This document shows, one piece after another, positions 15,571 to 25,292 of a stretch of 32,434 nt of DNA (within the stretch, counting starts at the first letter, position 1; each line of letters opens with the position of its first letter). The notes beneath the pieces were generated by a model. That model had not been told where the DNA came from and did no database searches. It saw nothing but the letters and a program-made list of their open reading frames with translations. Source of the stretch: Acidobacteriota bacterium (GTDB lineage: Bacteria > Acidobacteriota > Vicinamibacteria > Vicinamibacterales > CAVVIG01); contig JAYVYV010000174.1 of assembly GCA_043783985.1 (NCBI GenBank), positions 1 to 32,434 of the forward strand, read 5' to 3'. Made by a program: the position numbers and the translations under genes.

Positions 15571-15996
15571 TTGAAACCTGCCGAGAACCGGATGACCGTG
15601 TCCGCCGCGGGGAATGTGTTGGTCGTGGAGGACGATCCCGAGGTCCGCGGGATGCTCCTGGAGTTGTTGTCCACCGCCGGCTTCTACGCCGTTTCGGCCG
15701 AGGACGGCCTCGAAGCGCTCCACCTGCTGCGCACCGTTTGTCACCGGGCGCCGGATGCGCCGTGCCTGGTCCTGCTGGATCTGAAAATGCCCAGGCTGGG
15801 TGGCAGCGAGTTCCGGCGGGCTCAGCTCGGCGATCCGACGGTCGCCAACGTCCCGATCGTCGTCATGTCTGGCGCCAGCGATCTCGAGCAGCGCGCCGAA
15901 GCCATGGGGGCGGTGGCGACGCTCTCCAAGCCGCTCGATGTCGATGTGTTGATTGACGTGGTGAAGCGCTACTGCGTGAGGCGCGGCGGCGGCTAA
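15571..15996 (+). CDS. Single-domain response regulator (CheY-like receiver)
   Basis: VLVVEDDPEVR...LVLLDLKMPRLGGSEF...LSKP. TTG at 15571; an alternative ATG at 15592 (MTVSAAGN...) is equally plausible. Confidence 0.85.
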   Translation: MKPAENRMTVSAAGNVLVVEDDPEVRGMLLELLSTAGFYAVSAEDGLEALHLLRTVCHRAPDAPCLVLLDLKMPRLGGSEFRRAQLGDPTVANVPIVVMSGASDLEQRAEAMGAVATLSKPLDVDVLIDVVKRYCVRRGGG

Positions 15997-16226
15997 GATC
16001 GGCCGGTGACGGCCTGGCGCACGGCCGATGTGAGAACGGCCCCGAGGGCGGCAGCCGCCATCACCAGGGCTGGAACCGGTCGCTCTTCGAACAGATACAG
16101 GATCACCGTCCCGATGACCGCGCCCAGCGCCACCGTAGACAGCGCCGCCGTGAGGCGATGCAGGGGGCCGCGGGGGCACCGATGGTTCTCGGTGAGCGCG
16201 CCCATGCACTTGGGACAGGTGGCCAA
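15993..16226 (-). CDS. Small membrane protein with N-terminal zinc-ribbon-like CxxC...HxC motif
   Basis: 77 aa. MATCPKCMGALTENHRCPRG is followed by two hydrophobic helices. Third-position GC is high, as in neighbouring genes. No family recognised. Confidence 0.5.
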   Translation of the reverse strand: MATCPKCMGALTENHRCPRGPLHRLTAALSTVALGAVIGTVILYLFEERPVPALVMAAAALGAVLTSAVRQAVTGRS

Positions 16227-16286
16227 CTTCGGGCCATTTTACCACACGAGGTCGGCCAACGATCGCGTGCCGCGTGCGAAGCGCGT

Positions 16287-17450
16287 CTAGGCCCGGAGGC
16301 CTTTCATCGCGCCGAACACCGCGATGTGCGAGTCGACGACCCGCTTGCGCTCCGCCTCATCCGGTTCGAGCGTCCAGACGCCGCGCTGCGACGTTCCGCC
16401 CAGGATGATGCCGTCGTTGCGCGCCATCATGTGAATGCCCAGGCTCGCGCCCGGCACGGGCGGCACGCCGCCGTTGGTGTGGTAGTTCACTTCGGATTGC
16501 GGCGGCATCACCGTCAGCTGACCCTTGAGCGGGATGAGCTCCTGATCGCCGAAGAGATCCCTGGCGCCCAGACCGGTGCAGTTGATCACGATCGGCTCGC
16601 GCAGCGCCGCCAGCTCCCGCGGCGACTCGAACTTGCGGATGACGATGTGCCCGCCCCAGAGCTGGAAGTCGCGAACCAGGTTGTCGAGGTAGATGTTCGG
16701 CTCGATCCGGATCTGCGGCGATCGGAGCGCGTATTTCGTCGGGAACGGGTGCTCGCCCGGCTGCAAGATGTCCTGCCCCACCTCCAGGCCCGCCATCAGG
16801 CTCGGACGCTCCGTCGTGGCCGGTATCGGCGGACGCAGTGCGTCGGTCAGCGTGTAGTTGTCCAGCCACGACACGCCGAAGTGCGGTCCCGCCAACAGCT
16901 GCAGCTGACGGTACGAGATCTCGGCGGCGCGCCGGTACTGCGCGTCCCATTCCGGCGTCCGCTTGTCCGTGACGACGAGGCCGGACTCGGGCGTGAACCC
17001 GGCGAGCGACATGTTCGACGTCACGTTGGGCGGAACGGCCAGCGCGTAAATCGTCACGTCGAAGCCGCGGCGCTGCAGTTGCCGCGCGCAGGTCAGGCCG
17101 ACCGATCCGCAGCCGATCACGGCCGCCTGCCGCGACGGGTGATCAGTGGCGAACTCGGCCGCCATCAGCCCCGTGCCCCACGCCAGCGACATCCCGGCGC
17201 CGCCGTGTCCGTAGTTGTGCACGAGGAGTTTGTCGCCGAGCTTGTCCGGTCTCAGCACGAAACCGGCGTCGCGATGCGGCCGCAGGCCGACGGTCGTACG
17301 AATGATGCGGTCCCAGGACGCCTTCACCGGCGCGAGGTTCACGGGCAGCCGCCGCGGCGCCAGAGCGGGCTTCGGGTTCGTGGTGCATGCCGAGACGCCG
17401 AATCCGATGGCCGCCATCCCGCCGGTCGCAAGAAATGTGCGTCTCTGCAT
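16287..17450 (-). CDS. FAD-dependent oxidoreductase (DAO/D-amino-acid-oxidase-like) with Tat-type signal
   Basis: The ATG at 17450 gives MQRRTFLATGGMAAIGFGVSA (twin-arginine-like RR-x-FL). AAVIGCGSVGLTCARQLQRRGFDVTIY is the GxGxxG Rossmann motif. HNYGHGGAGMSLAWG is DAO-like. Confidence 0.87.
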   Translation of the reverse strand: MQRRTFLATGGMAAIGFGVSACTTNPKPALAPRRLPVNLAPVKASWDRIIRTTVGLRPHRDAGFVLRPDKLGDKLLVHNYGHGGAGMSLAWGTGLMAAEFATDHPSRQAAVIGCGSVGLTCARQLQRRGFDVTIYALAVPPNVTSNMSLAGFTPESGLVVTDKRTPEWDAQYRRAAEISYRQLQLLAGPHFGVSWLDNYTLTDALRPPIPATTERPSLMAGLEVGQDILQPGEHPFPTKYALRSPQIRIEPNIYLDNLVRDFQLWGGHIVIRKFESPRELAALREPIVINCTGLGARDLFGDQELIPLKGQLTVMPPQSEVNYHTNGGVPPVPGASLGIHMMARNDGIILGGTSQRGVWTLEPDEAERKRVVDSHIAVFGAMKGLRA

Positions 17451-17469
17451 GATGCGTCCGCCGCGGATT

Positions 17470-19608
17470 CTAGCGTGTCGCGCGCATGTTGGCCAGCGCG
17501 AACGCCCATACATCGGCCAGCTCCGCGATGCGCCTGTCGGTCGGCCGATAGCCGTGCGATCCCTGGGTCTCCACGCGAATCAGCACCGGCTTGCCGCAGC
17601 CCTGCGCCGCCTGCATTGCCGCGGTGAACTTGAACGAATGGCTCGGGACGACGCGGTCGTCGTGATCCGCCGTGGTGACGAGCGTCGCGGGATAACACGC
17701 GCCGGCCGTCACGTTGTGCAGCGGCGAGTATTTCGAGAGATACGCGAAGTCTTTCGCGTTGTCCGACGACCCGTACTCCGTGGCCCAGGCGACGCCGCTG
17801 GTGAACTTGTGGTATCGGAGCATGTCCATGACGCCGACCGCCGGAAGGGCGACGGCGAACAAATCGGGACGCTGCTGCTCGACGGCTCCGACCAGCAGCC
17901 CGCCGTTCGAGCCGCCCATGATCCCGAGCGTTTGCGGCGAGGCGTAGCCCTCGCGGACGAGGTACTCGGCCGCGGCGACGAAGTCGTCGAAGACGTGCTG
18001 TTTCTTCTCGAACATGCCCGCCTCGTGCCAGGCCTCGCCGTACTCCCCGCCGCCGCGCATGTTGGCGGTCGCGTAGACGCCGCCGCGCTCGAGGAAGGCG
18101 ATCACCTCGGGTCGGAACCGCGGCACCTCCGAGATGTCGAATCCGCCGTAGCCGTACATTATCGTCGGGTTCGCCCCGTCCTTCTTCAGGTCACGCCGGC
18201 GCGTGATGAAAACCGGAATGCGCGTGCCGTCCTTCGAGGCCGCGAACACGCGCTCGGTCGTGTACGGCGACGGATCGAACGTCAGCGACGGCGCCTCGAA
18301 CGGCGTGCTCGCGCCGGTGGCTACGTCGTAGCTGAATACCGTCACCGGATAGAGCGGCGACGTGAAGGAATAGAAGACCTCCGGGCGCGAGAACTTGCCG
18401 AACGGCCCGGCCACCGAGCCCAGGCCCGGCGTCGTGATCCGCCCGGCGGCCGACCCGTCGAGATTGAAGAAGCGCACGTCGCCGGCCACGTCGTTCAGCG
18501 CGTTCACCGCGAGCTTGCCCGCGACGAGCCCCGCCGACTCGATCGCGTTCCGGCTCTCCGCCACAATGGTCTTCCAGTTGGCAGCGTCCGGCCGATCGAC
18601 CGGGACCGCCACGACCTTCCTGTTCGGCGCGCCGCGATCCGTCAGCAGGTACAAGGTGCGCCCGACGACACCCAACGCCTCGTAGGCGCCCGTATGGCCG
18701 GCGTAGAGCGTGCGGATCGGTGCATCGAACACCGGCGCCAGCGGAGTGCCGAGGTCCTTGACGAACAGCTCGTTCCTGTGGCTCGAGCCCTTGTTCGTGG
18801 TGAGAAAGAGATAGCGGCCGGTCTCGTCGGTGTCGGCGTCGAGGAACAGCGCCGGCTCGTCCGGGCGTTCGAAGATCAACCGATCGGCCGATTGCGGCGT
18901 GCCGAGCGCGTGATAGTAGATCTTCTTGTTCCTGGCCGAATCCTCGAGCGCCTTCCCGGCCCTCGGCTCGGGATAGCGTCCGTAGAAGAAGCCCTTGCCG
19001 TCCTGCGTCCACGAGAGGCCGCTGAACTTGACCCAGCGGATCACGTCGGGCAGCTGCTTGCCGGTGGCGAGCTCCCGCACGTAGTACGTCGACCAGTCCG
19101 ACCCGCCGTCCGACTGCCCGTACGCGAAGTGCCGCGCGTCTGGCGCCGGCACGAACCCGGACAGGGCGATCGATCCGTCCGGCGAGAGGCTGTTGGGATC
19201 GAGCGCCACCGTCTCGGGCCCGCCGATCGTCTCGCGCGTGAAGACGACCGACTGCCGCTGCAAGCCGGTGTTTCGGTTGTAGAACCAGTGGCGACCTTCA
19301 TAGCGCGGCGGGGTGACCTTCGGGTAGTTCCACAACTCCGTGATCCGCTTCTTCAAGGCCTCGCGCTGCGGCAGCGCATCGAGATACCTGTAGGTGACGG
19401 CGTTCTCCGCGTCGACCCATTCCTTGACCTCCGGCGCGTTGAGGTCTTCCATCCAGCGATACGGATCCGCGATCTTCGTCCCGAAGTAGTCGTCGACCAC
19501 GTCGCCTTTTCGCGCGCGCGGGTACATCAGCGACGGGGATTGGGCGAGGAGCCCGCCCCCGCAGGTCATGAGGGTGAGCAGGACGGCGTGGCGGAGGGCG
19601 CGGCTCAT
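17470..19608 (-). CDS. Prolyl oligopeptidase (S9A family serine endopeptidase)
   Basis: [19 protein letters not shown] (POP N-terminal signature), a beta-propeller region, [10 protein letters not shown] (nucleophile Ser), ADHDDRV (Asp) and GSHGY (His). Start at ATG 19608 ([18 protein letters not shown], a signal peptide); an alternative ATG lies at 19635. The track extension to 19830 is rejected. Confidence 0.92.
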   Translation of the reverse strand: MSRALRHAVLLTLMTCGGGLLAQSPSLMYPRARKGDVVDDYFGTKIADPYRWMEDLNAPEVKEWVDAENAVTYRYLDALPQREALKKRITELWNYPKVTPPRYEGRHWFYNRNTGLQRQSVVFTRETIGGPETVALDPNSLSPDGSIALSGFVPAPDARHFAYGQSDGGSDWSTYYVRELATGKQLPDVIRWVKFSGLSWTQDGKGFFYGRYPEPRAGKALEDSARNKKIYYHALGTPQSADRLIFERPDEPALFLDADTDETGRYLFLTTNKGSSHRNELFVKDLGTPLAPVFDAPIRTLYAGHTGAYEALGVVGRTLYLLTDRGAPNRKVVAVPVDRPDAANWKTIVAESRNAIESAGLVAGKLAVNALNDVAGDVRFFNLDGSAAGRITTPGLGSVAGPFGKFSRPEVFYSFTSPLYPVTVFSYDVATGASTPFEAPSLTFDPSPYTTERVFAASKDGTRIPVFITRRRDLKKDGANPTIMYGYGGFDISEVPRFRPEVIAFLERGGVYATANMRGGGEYGEAWHEAGMFEKKQHVFDDFVAAAEYLVREGYASPQTLGIMGGSNGGLLVGAVEQQRPDLFAVALPAVGVMDMLRYHKFTSGVAWATEYGSSDNAKDFAYLSKYSPLHNVTAGACYPATLVTTADHDDRVVPSHSFKFTAAMQAAQGCGKPVLIRVETQGSHGYRPTDRRIAELADVWAFALANMRATR

Positions 19609-19616
19609 GACGGAGC

Positions 19617-19622
19617 ATTGTA
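19617..19622 (-). promoter_or_regulatory. Candidate -10 box TACAAT, 8 nt upstream of the prolyl oligopeptidase ATG
   Basis: The reverse strand reads ...TTGTGTGCGATATGCGAGCTCCTT-TACAAT-GCTCCGTC-ATG. This is the same TACAAT-N8-ATG geometry as at 4624-4640. A weak TTGTGT lies 18 nt upstream. No Shine-Dalgarno. Confidence 0.25.
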
Positions 19623-19818
19623 AAGGAGCTCGCATATCGCACACAAAGCCGACGCAAGCAGGGCACGCTCGCGCTCGATGGAGTTCGAGACGCGAGCCGG
19701 TTGCCTCCTGCCTCCGACGATGGTAGCGTCGTCTCTCGACCTTGGTACGACGTTCGCAGTCAGCCTTCATTGCGCCCGCGACCTCTCGCGAGCGAGCCAC
19801 AAGGACTGGAGCGATGTC

Positions 19819-20529
19819 ATGGTCACGCAAACCCTTGCTTCAAGAGTCAATAGCTTGGAAGAACGAGTAACGCGGCTGGAAGAGTTACCGGCGCGTATCG
19901 ACGCCCTGACGTCGCAGGTTTTGCAACTACGCGGGGAGATGCGCGGTGAACTTTCTGCCGTCCGCGATGAAGCGCGGACGGGCGGCGATGAGACTCGACG
20001 CGTCCTCCGCGATGAGATTCGGGCCGGCGATGAAGAGACTCGGCACACCCTCCGCGACGAGATTCGGGCCGGCGATGAAGAAACCCGGCACACCCTCCGC
20101 GACGAGATTCGGGCCGGCGATGAAGAGACTCGGCACACCCTCCGCGACGAGATTCGGGCCGGCGATGAAGAAACCCGACGCACCCTCGGCGACCAGATTC
20201 GAACCGGCGATGAAGAAACCCGACGCACCCTCGGCGACCAGATTCGAACCGGCGATGAAGAAACCCGGCGCACCCTCCGCGACGAGATTCGAGCCGGCGA
20301 TGAAGAGACCCGGCGCACCCTCCGCGACGAGATTCGGGCCGGCGATGAAGAAACCCGGCGCACCCTCGGCGACCAGATTCGAAGCGGCGATGAAGAAACC
20401 CGGCGCAACCTCGGCGACCAGATTCGAACCGGAATGGTGGAAGTGATGACCCATGCCCGCGTGCTTCATGAGGATCAGAAGGCGGCGTTGGCGTTGATCG
20501 CCGAAGGACTGCGCCCTCGCAACGAATAG
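19819..20529 (+). CDS. Coiled-coil repeat protein built from ~10.5 tandem 15-aa units (LRDEIRAGDEETRRT / LGDQIRTGDEETRRT)
   Basis: ATG at 19819 preceded by GGAG (7-nt spacing). N-terminus: heptad-like LASRVNSLEERVTRLEELPARIDALTSQVLQLRGEMRGEL. A unique C-terminus MVEVMTHARVLHEDQKAALALIAEG follows the array. Confidence 0.75.
   Translation: MVTQTLASRVNSLEERVTRLEELPARIDALTSQVLQLRGEMRGELSAVRDEARTGGDETRRVLRDEIRAGDEETRHTLRDEIRAGDEETRHTLRDEIRAGDEETRHTLRDEIRAGDEETRRTLGDQIRTGDEETRRTLGDQIRTGDEETRRTLRDEIRAGDEETRRTLRDEIRAGDEETRRTLGDQIRSGDEETRRNLGDQIRTGMVEVMTHARVLHEDQKAALALIAEGLRPRNE
19960..20433. repeat. 45-bp tandem repeat, ~10.5 units, in frame
   Basis: Unit boundaries at 20005, 20050, 20095, ... 20410. 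19960-20004 is a degenerate first unit. Units differ at only a few positions. All six frames are open across the array. Confidence 0.95.
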
Positions 20530-20630
20530 GAGCGCTCGATGTCTCTCAATTTCGAGACACCCGTCGAGATGCGTTTCTGAAGGGAATCGACCGCGGCTGC
20601 GGAAGGCGTCGCCGCTGCCGTTAAGCGGGC

Positions 20631-23312
20631 GTGCCTTATACTCGGCCGGTGCGCATCCGCGTGATCCTGTCTCTCCTGGTCTTCTCCATCCCGATCGCCC
20701 TCGTCGGCGAAGGACGCGTCCCGACACCGGAATCGGTCTTCGGCTTCCGACCCGGCGCCGACTACAAGCTCGCAACCTACGATCAATCGATCGAGTACTT
20801 CAAGAAAGTCGCCGCCGGCAGCAAGTACGTGAAGCTCGTCGAAGCCGGAAAGACCAGCCAGGGGCGCGCCATGTACTTTGCCCTGGTGTCGTCGCCCGAC
20901 AACCTCGCCAGGCTCGATCGCTACCGCGAGATTGCGCGGCGTCTTGCGCACCCGCAAGGGCTGACCGACGCCGACGCGAAAACGCTGGCGCGCGACGGCA
21001 GGGCGTTCGTCCACATCGACGGCGGGCTCCACTCCACCGAGGTCGCCGGACCGCAGCACACGCCGCAGCTGCTCTACGATCTGGTCAGCAAGGCGGACGA
21101 AGTCGACACCAGGGCCATCCTCAACAACGTCGTCGTCATGCTGTGGCCGACCATCAACCCGGACGGCCAGCAGATGGTCTCCGAGTGGTACATGCAGAAC
21201 GTCGGCACGCCGTACGAGCTGTCCGGTTTGCCGCGGCTGTACCAGGAATATGTCGGCCACGACAACAACCGCGACGCGTACATGCTGAACATGGTCGAGT
21301 CGCGCGTGCTCGAACACACGTGGCGGCAGTGGGAGCCGCAGATCATTTACGTCCATCACCAGTCGGGTCCCTTTCCCAGCCGCATCTGGCTGCCGCCGTT
21401 CTCCGAACCCGTCGGCAGCGACGCGCCGTTCATCATGTCGCGCGAGGTGAACATGATCGGCATGGCGATCGCCAAGGGTCTCGAGGAGCGCGGGCAGGTG
21501 GGCGCCACGCACATGGGTACGGCGTTCGATGCGTGGTACCCGGGGTACGTGGACTACGCGCCCAACTTCAAGAACATCGCGGCGTTCTGGACGGAGACGG
21601 CGCTCTTCCAGTACGCGACGCCGCACGACTACACGATCGGCGACTTCCCGCAGAACATGCGCGACCTGCGGCCGCAGAGCCTGTACTCGAGCCCGTGGCC
21701 GCCCGGCACATGGCGCCTGCGCGATGCGGTGGATTACATGGAAACGGCGTCGCTGTCGGTGCTCGAGTTCGCCGCGAAATACAAGGACTCGCTTCTCTTC
21801 GATCGGTATCAGGCGGGACGCGATCAGATCGCGCTCGGGAAGAAGAAGGCGCCCTTCGCGTACTTCGTCCCCCAGCAGCAGCGCGATCCGGTCGCGGCCG
21901 TGGAGATGCTGCGCCGCATCGCGTTCGGCGGCGTGCGCGTCTCCATGTTGACCGCGCCCGTGACGATCGGCGGGGACACCTTCCCCGCCGGCACGTGGGT
22001 CGTTCCCACCGATCAGGAATTCGCCGCGATGGCGCGCGAGGTGCTCGACGCGCAGACGTATCCGGATCTGAGGCAGTATCCGGGCGGCCCGCCCGAGCGG
22101 CCGTACGACGCCGCCGGCTGGTCGCTTCCCCTGCAGATGGGCGTGCGGGTGGTCGCGGCGGCGTCGCCACTGACCGACGAGATGCGCGCGAAGCTGACGG
22201 TCATCGGCGCGATGCCCGACCCGAAGAGCAAGCCGACCCCGTACGACGCGGGCCTCCACACCGATGCCGCGCCGTTCGACAGCCTGCCGGGCGTCGGGTT
22301 CAACACGGATCCGGCGTCGGCTGCGATCGTCCCCATGCCGGGGCGGATCACCGGATCGGGACCGGTGCTCCTCGTGGATCCGGCGCAGAACAACGCGTTC
22401 AAAGCCATCAACCGCGCGTGGACGCTGGGGGCGACGGCGCAGGCCAGCGCCGGTGCGGCGGGCGCGCCGATTCGCTACGCTCTGCGCGGCCTCTCGAGCA
22501 GCGCGCAGGAGGACCTGGTCCGGTCCCTGTCGCTACAGGCCGAGCGGGCGGAGTCCGCGCCGGGCCGCGCGGTACGGCGGCCGCGCATCGGCGTGTATCA
22601 GCCGTGGACCGGGAGCATGGACGAGGGGTGGACGCGCTGGGTGCTCGAGCAGTACGGCTTCTCGTTCGTCGCCGTGCACCCGGAAGACTTCACATCGCCG
22701 CTCGCGCAGACCATCGACGTCCTGATCATGGCCGACGATGCGCGTGTGCCGGTGGCGGGGGCGGCCGGGGGGCGCGGCGGACGCGGAGGGCCGGCGGCGG
22801 CGGTGCGGCCCGAGTACGCCTATCAGCTGACGGCGACCGACCTCCAGGGATTCGAGCGGTTCGTCCGCAACGGCGGCACCGTCGTCTGCCTGAGCAACGC
22901 GAGCGCCTTCGCGATCCAGCAGCTGAAGCTGCCGGTGACCAACGTCGTCGCCGGCCTGCGGCCGGAGGAGTTCTTCCTGCGCGGATCGATCGTCGAGGTC
23001 ACTACCGATCCGACGCACCCGGTGATGGCCGGCATGCCCGACAAGGCCGCGGTGTTCGTCGACGGCAGCCCGGTCTTCGAGACGCAGGACGGCTTCAAGG
23101 GCACGATCCTCGCGCGCTACCAGGATTCCGGATCGCCGCTGCTGTCGGGCTATCTGATTGGCGAGCAGCACCTGCAGGGGAAAGCGGCGGCGCTCGACGT
23201 CCAGCTCGATGCGGGCCACGTCGTGCTGATCGGGTTCCGGCCCGAGTGGCGCGGCCAGCCGTTCGGCACATTCCGGATATTGTTCAACGCCGCGCTGTTC
23301 AGCCGTTCGTAA
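20631..23312 (+). CDS. M14-family metallopeptidase (zinc carboxypeptidase-like) with a large C-terminal extension
   Basis: FVHIDGGLHSTEVAG (HxxE zinc ligands), WPTINPDGQQ, YVGHDNNRDAYM. Signal-like RIRVILSLLVFSIPIALVG. GTG at 20631; an alternative GTG lies at 20649. Confidence 0.87.
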   Translation: MPYTRPVRIRVILSLLVFSIPIALVGEGRVPTPESVFGFRPGADYKLATYDQSIEYFKKVAAGSKYVKLVEAGKTSQGRAMYFALVSSPDNLARLDRYREIARRLAHPQGLTDADAKTLARDGRAFVHIDGGLHSTEVAGPQHTPQLLYDLVSKADEVDTRAILNNVVVMLWPTINPDGQQMVSEWYMQNVGTPYELSGLPRLYQEYVGHDNNRDAYMLNMVESRVLEHTWRQWEPQIIYVHHQSGPFPSRIWLPPFSEPVGSDAPFIMSREVNMIGMAIAKGLEERGQVGATHMGTAFDAWYPGYVDYAPNFKNIAAFWTETALFQYATPHDYTIGDFPQNMRDLRPQSLYSSPWPPGTWRLRDAVDYMETASLSVLEFAAKYKDSLLFDRYQAGRDQIALGKKKAPFAYFVPQQQRDPVAAVEMLRRIAFGGVRVSMLTAPVTIGGDTFPAGTWVVPTDQEFAAMAREVLDAQTYPDLRQYPGGPPERPYDAAGWSLPLQMGVRVVAAASPLTDEMRAKLTVIGAMPDPKSKPTPYDAGLHTDAAPFDSLPGVGFNTDPASAAIVPMPGRITGSGPVLLVDPAQNNAFKAINRAWTLGATAQASAGAAGAPIRYALRGLSSSAQEDLVRSLSLQAERAESAPGRAVRRPRIGVYQPWTGSMDEGWTRWVLEQYGFSFVAVHPEDFTSPLAQTIDVLIMADDARVPVAGAAGGRGGRGGPAAAVRPEYAYQLTATDLQGFERFVRNGGTVVCLSNASAFAIQQLKLPVTNVVAGLRPEEFFLRGSIVEVTTDPTHPVMAGMPDKAAVFVDGSPVFETQDGFKGTILARYQDSGSPLLSGYLIGEQHLQGKAAALDVQLDAGHVVLIGFRPEWRGQPFGTFRILFNAALFSRS

Positions 23313-23330
23313 TCAGAGGAGGAGTTCAAG

Positions 23331-24020
23331 ATGAAGACAATGGCACGCACGTTCGGAGTCGGTCTCACGCTGGCGATCGCCGGAGGCTCGTATCTCGCAG
23401 ACGCGCAGCAGCCGCCGGCGGCTCCGGCGCCGCCGATGTCGTTCTTCGTGACGAGCGCCGGATCCGGCAAAGGCGCGGATCTGGGCGGCATCGCCGGCGC
23501 AGATCGGATCTGCCAGACGCTGGCGACGGCTGCCGGCTCCAGCAAGACATGGCACGCGTATCTGAGCGCGGCCGCGGCCAACGGTCAGCCGGCGGTCAAC
23601 GCCCGGGAACGGATCGGCGCCGGCCCCTGGTTCAGCGCGAAGGGAGGGCGGATCGCGCAAAGCGTGGCGGACCTGCACGGCGACACGCTCGAGATGGCCC
23701 GTCGCGGCAACAACATCAACAAGACGACCGCTCTGACGGAAAAGGGGGAACCGGTCAACGGCGTCGGCGACACGCCGAACCAGCACGACATGATCACCGG
23801 ATCGCAGCTCGACGGCACCGCGTTCGCGGACGCGGCGGATCACACCTGCGCCGGTTACACCAGCAGCGCCACCACCGGCGTCGTGCAGCTCGGGCACCAC
23901 GACCGGACCGGCGGCGGCAACACGTCGTGGAACTCGACGCATCCCAGCCGCGGATGCAGTCAGGACAACCTGGTGGCCACGGGCGGCGCGGGACGGTTCT
24001 ACTGCTTTGCGATCAACTGA
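23331..24020 (+). CDS. Secreted protein with endostatin / DUF1554-like (C-type-lectin-fold) motif pattern
   Basis: Strong RBS (GGAGGAG) and signal peptide MKTMARTFGVGLTLAIAGGSYLADA. GIAGADRICQTLATAAGSSKTWHAYLS parallels endostatin [27 protein letters not shown]. The C-terminal FYCFAIN parallels IVLCIEN. It has four Cys in the same order as endostatin. Confidence 0.8.
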   Translation: MKTMARTFGVGLTLAIAGGSYLADAQQPPAAPAPPMSFFVTSAGSGKGADLGGIAGADRICQTLATAAGSSKTWHAYLSAAAANGQPAVNARERIGAGPWFSAKGGRIAQSVADLHGDTLEMARRGNNINKTTALTEKGEPVNGVGDTPNQHDMITGSQLDGTAFADAADHTCAGYTSSATTGVVQLGHHDRTGGGNTSWNSTHPSRGCSQDNLVATGGAGRFYCFAIN

Positions 24021-25057
24021 CGGATGCGATCGATGATGGCTCGCGCGAAGCGGGTGGCTTCCTCGCCGGTTGCACCGCTGGCGAGGAGCCCCTCGTTGAG
24101 CTGACGCTCGGTCAGCCGGCCGGCGTATGCGTGAAACCAGCGGGCGTGTTCCGTCGTGACGTCGCCCGCGATGTCGGCCGTGCGCTGGCCGGTGTAGCCG
24201 AAGCGGACGCGGCTACCGTCGACGCCTGTGACGAATTCGGGGGTCTGCGCCTCGAAGCCCTCGGGGTCCCAGCGGCCCCGCGTCACGATCGTCGTACCCC
24301 ATCTACCCATCGAACCGCCCCAGTCGGTGAGGAGATACCGCGCCTCGTGACGCACGCGCGGCCAACGGCCGGCGCGCTGCTCGAAGATCGCCGTGTTCGA
24401 CCCGCGCGCGACGTCGCGGCGATCCTTCGAGTCCCAGTTCGAGAGGAGCATCACCAGAATTTTCAGCCCGCTCAGTTCGGGCGTTCCGACAAACGGGTTG
24501 TCGTCCCACGACCAGCTGTGTTCGTCGAAGAACTTGTTGACGGCGGGGTCGTCGAGCTCGAATCTCGCGTCGACGAAGGCACCGTCGGCGCCCTGGATGC
24601 AGTCGCGCGCGCGCTTCAGTGCGGGGCCGTCGCCCCCGAGGTCGATCGTCCCGGACGGCACGAAATGCGTCACTTCCGCGAAATAGCCGCACGCCCACGC
24701 GAGCCGGACCGCGAACGTCTCAACCCGGGCTTCGTGTCCCCATTTCACGCGCCACCGGCGCCCCCGTGCGTCGCGCACGGACACACAGGGCTGCGAGCCG
24801 CTGCTGTGTTCTTGGATGAATCGAAACGGCGGCGCGGGCGCACCGTCCGGACCGCCGGGGCCATGCGCGAGGCTCAACGCCTCGACTACTCCGGGGTCGC
24901 GCCAGATGGAATGCCGCGACGCCCGAAGCCGCCGCGGACCGGCTTTGCGGAGCCGGTACAGGCCGACCACATGCCACACGGCACGGAGAAAGAGACGGCC
25001 GAGGACGAGGCCCGCGATCGCGCCCCCGACCCACAACATCGCGTCGGTCGCGCTCAT
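23999..25057 (-). CDS. Membrane-anchored protein-kinase-like-fold protein (uncharacterised family; paralogue of 25856-27013)
   Basis: 352 aa. A TM helix ([18 protein letters not shown]) is followed by the basic stretch [15 protein letters not shown]. Motifs [32 protein letters not shown]...SN and LLTDWGG align with the paralogue. Confidence 0.8.
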   Translation of the reverse strand: [352 protein letters not shown]

Positions 25058-25073
25058 GGTGTAATGGGTGCCA

Positions 25074-25259
25074 ATGGATGATGGGTTCGACGTGACATGC
25101 CCGTACTGCGGAGAGCAGGTCGAAATCTACCTCGAGCCGGACGTGACGGGCACGTTCGTCCAGGACTGTGAAGTCTGTTGCAACCCGTGGCGCGTCCGCG
25201 TATCCGGATCCGGCGAGACTCGAGACATCGACGTCGGACGTGCCGACGGGTCGGAATAA
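25074..25259 (+). CDS. CPXCG-motif cysteine-rich (zinc-finger) small protein
   Basis: MDDGFDVTCPYCGEQVEIYLEPDV...FVQDCEVCCNPW matches the CPxCG ... DCxVCCxP pattern of that family. ATG at 25074; an upstream GTG lies at 25068. Confidence 0.85.
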   Translation: MDDGFDVTCPYCGEQVEIYLEPDVTGTFVQDCEVCCNPWRVRVSGSGETRDIDVGRADGSE

Positions 25260-25292
25260 CGCCGGGTGGTGCCCTGCGGCACCCTCGGCGCC

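Noticed and set aside
19960-20433. Regular 45-bp repeats as a possible CRISPR array
   Set aside because: The units are directly tandem with no spacers, have no palindromic repeat core and are in frame within a coding sequence that has an RBS and unique termini.
21143-25081. 1312-aa ORF on the plus strand, the longest in the track
   Set aside because: It is extremely Arg/Gly/Pro/Ala-rich with no recognisable motifs. It runs out of frame through the M14 peptidase and endostatin-like genes and antisense to the kinase-like gene. This is a typical high-GC shadow ORF.
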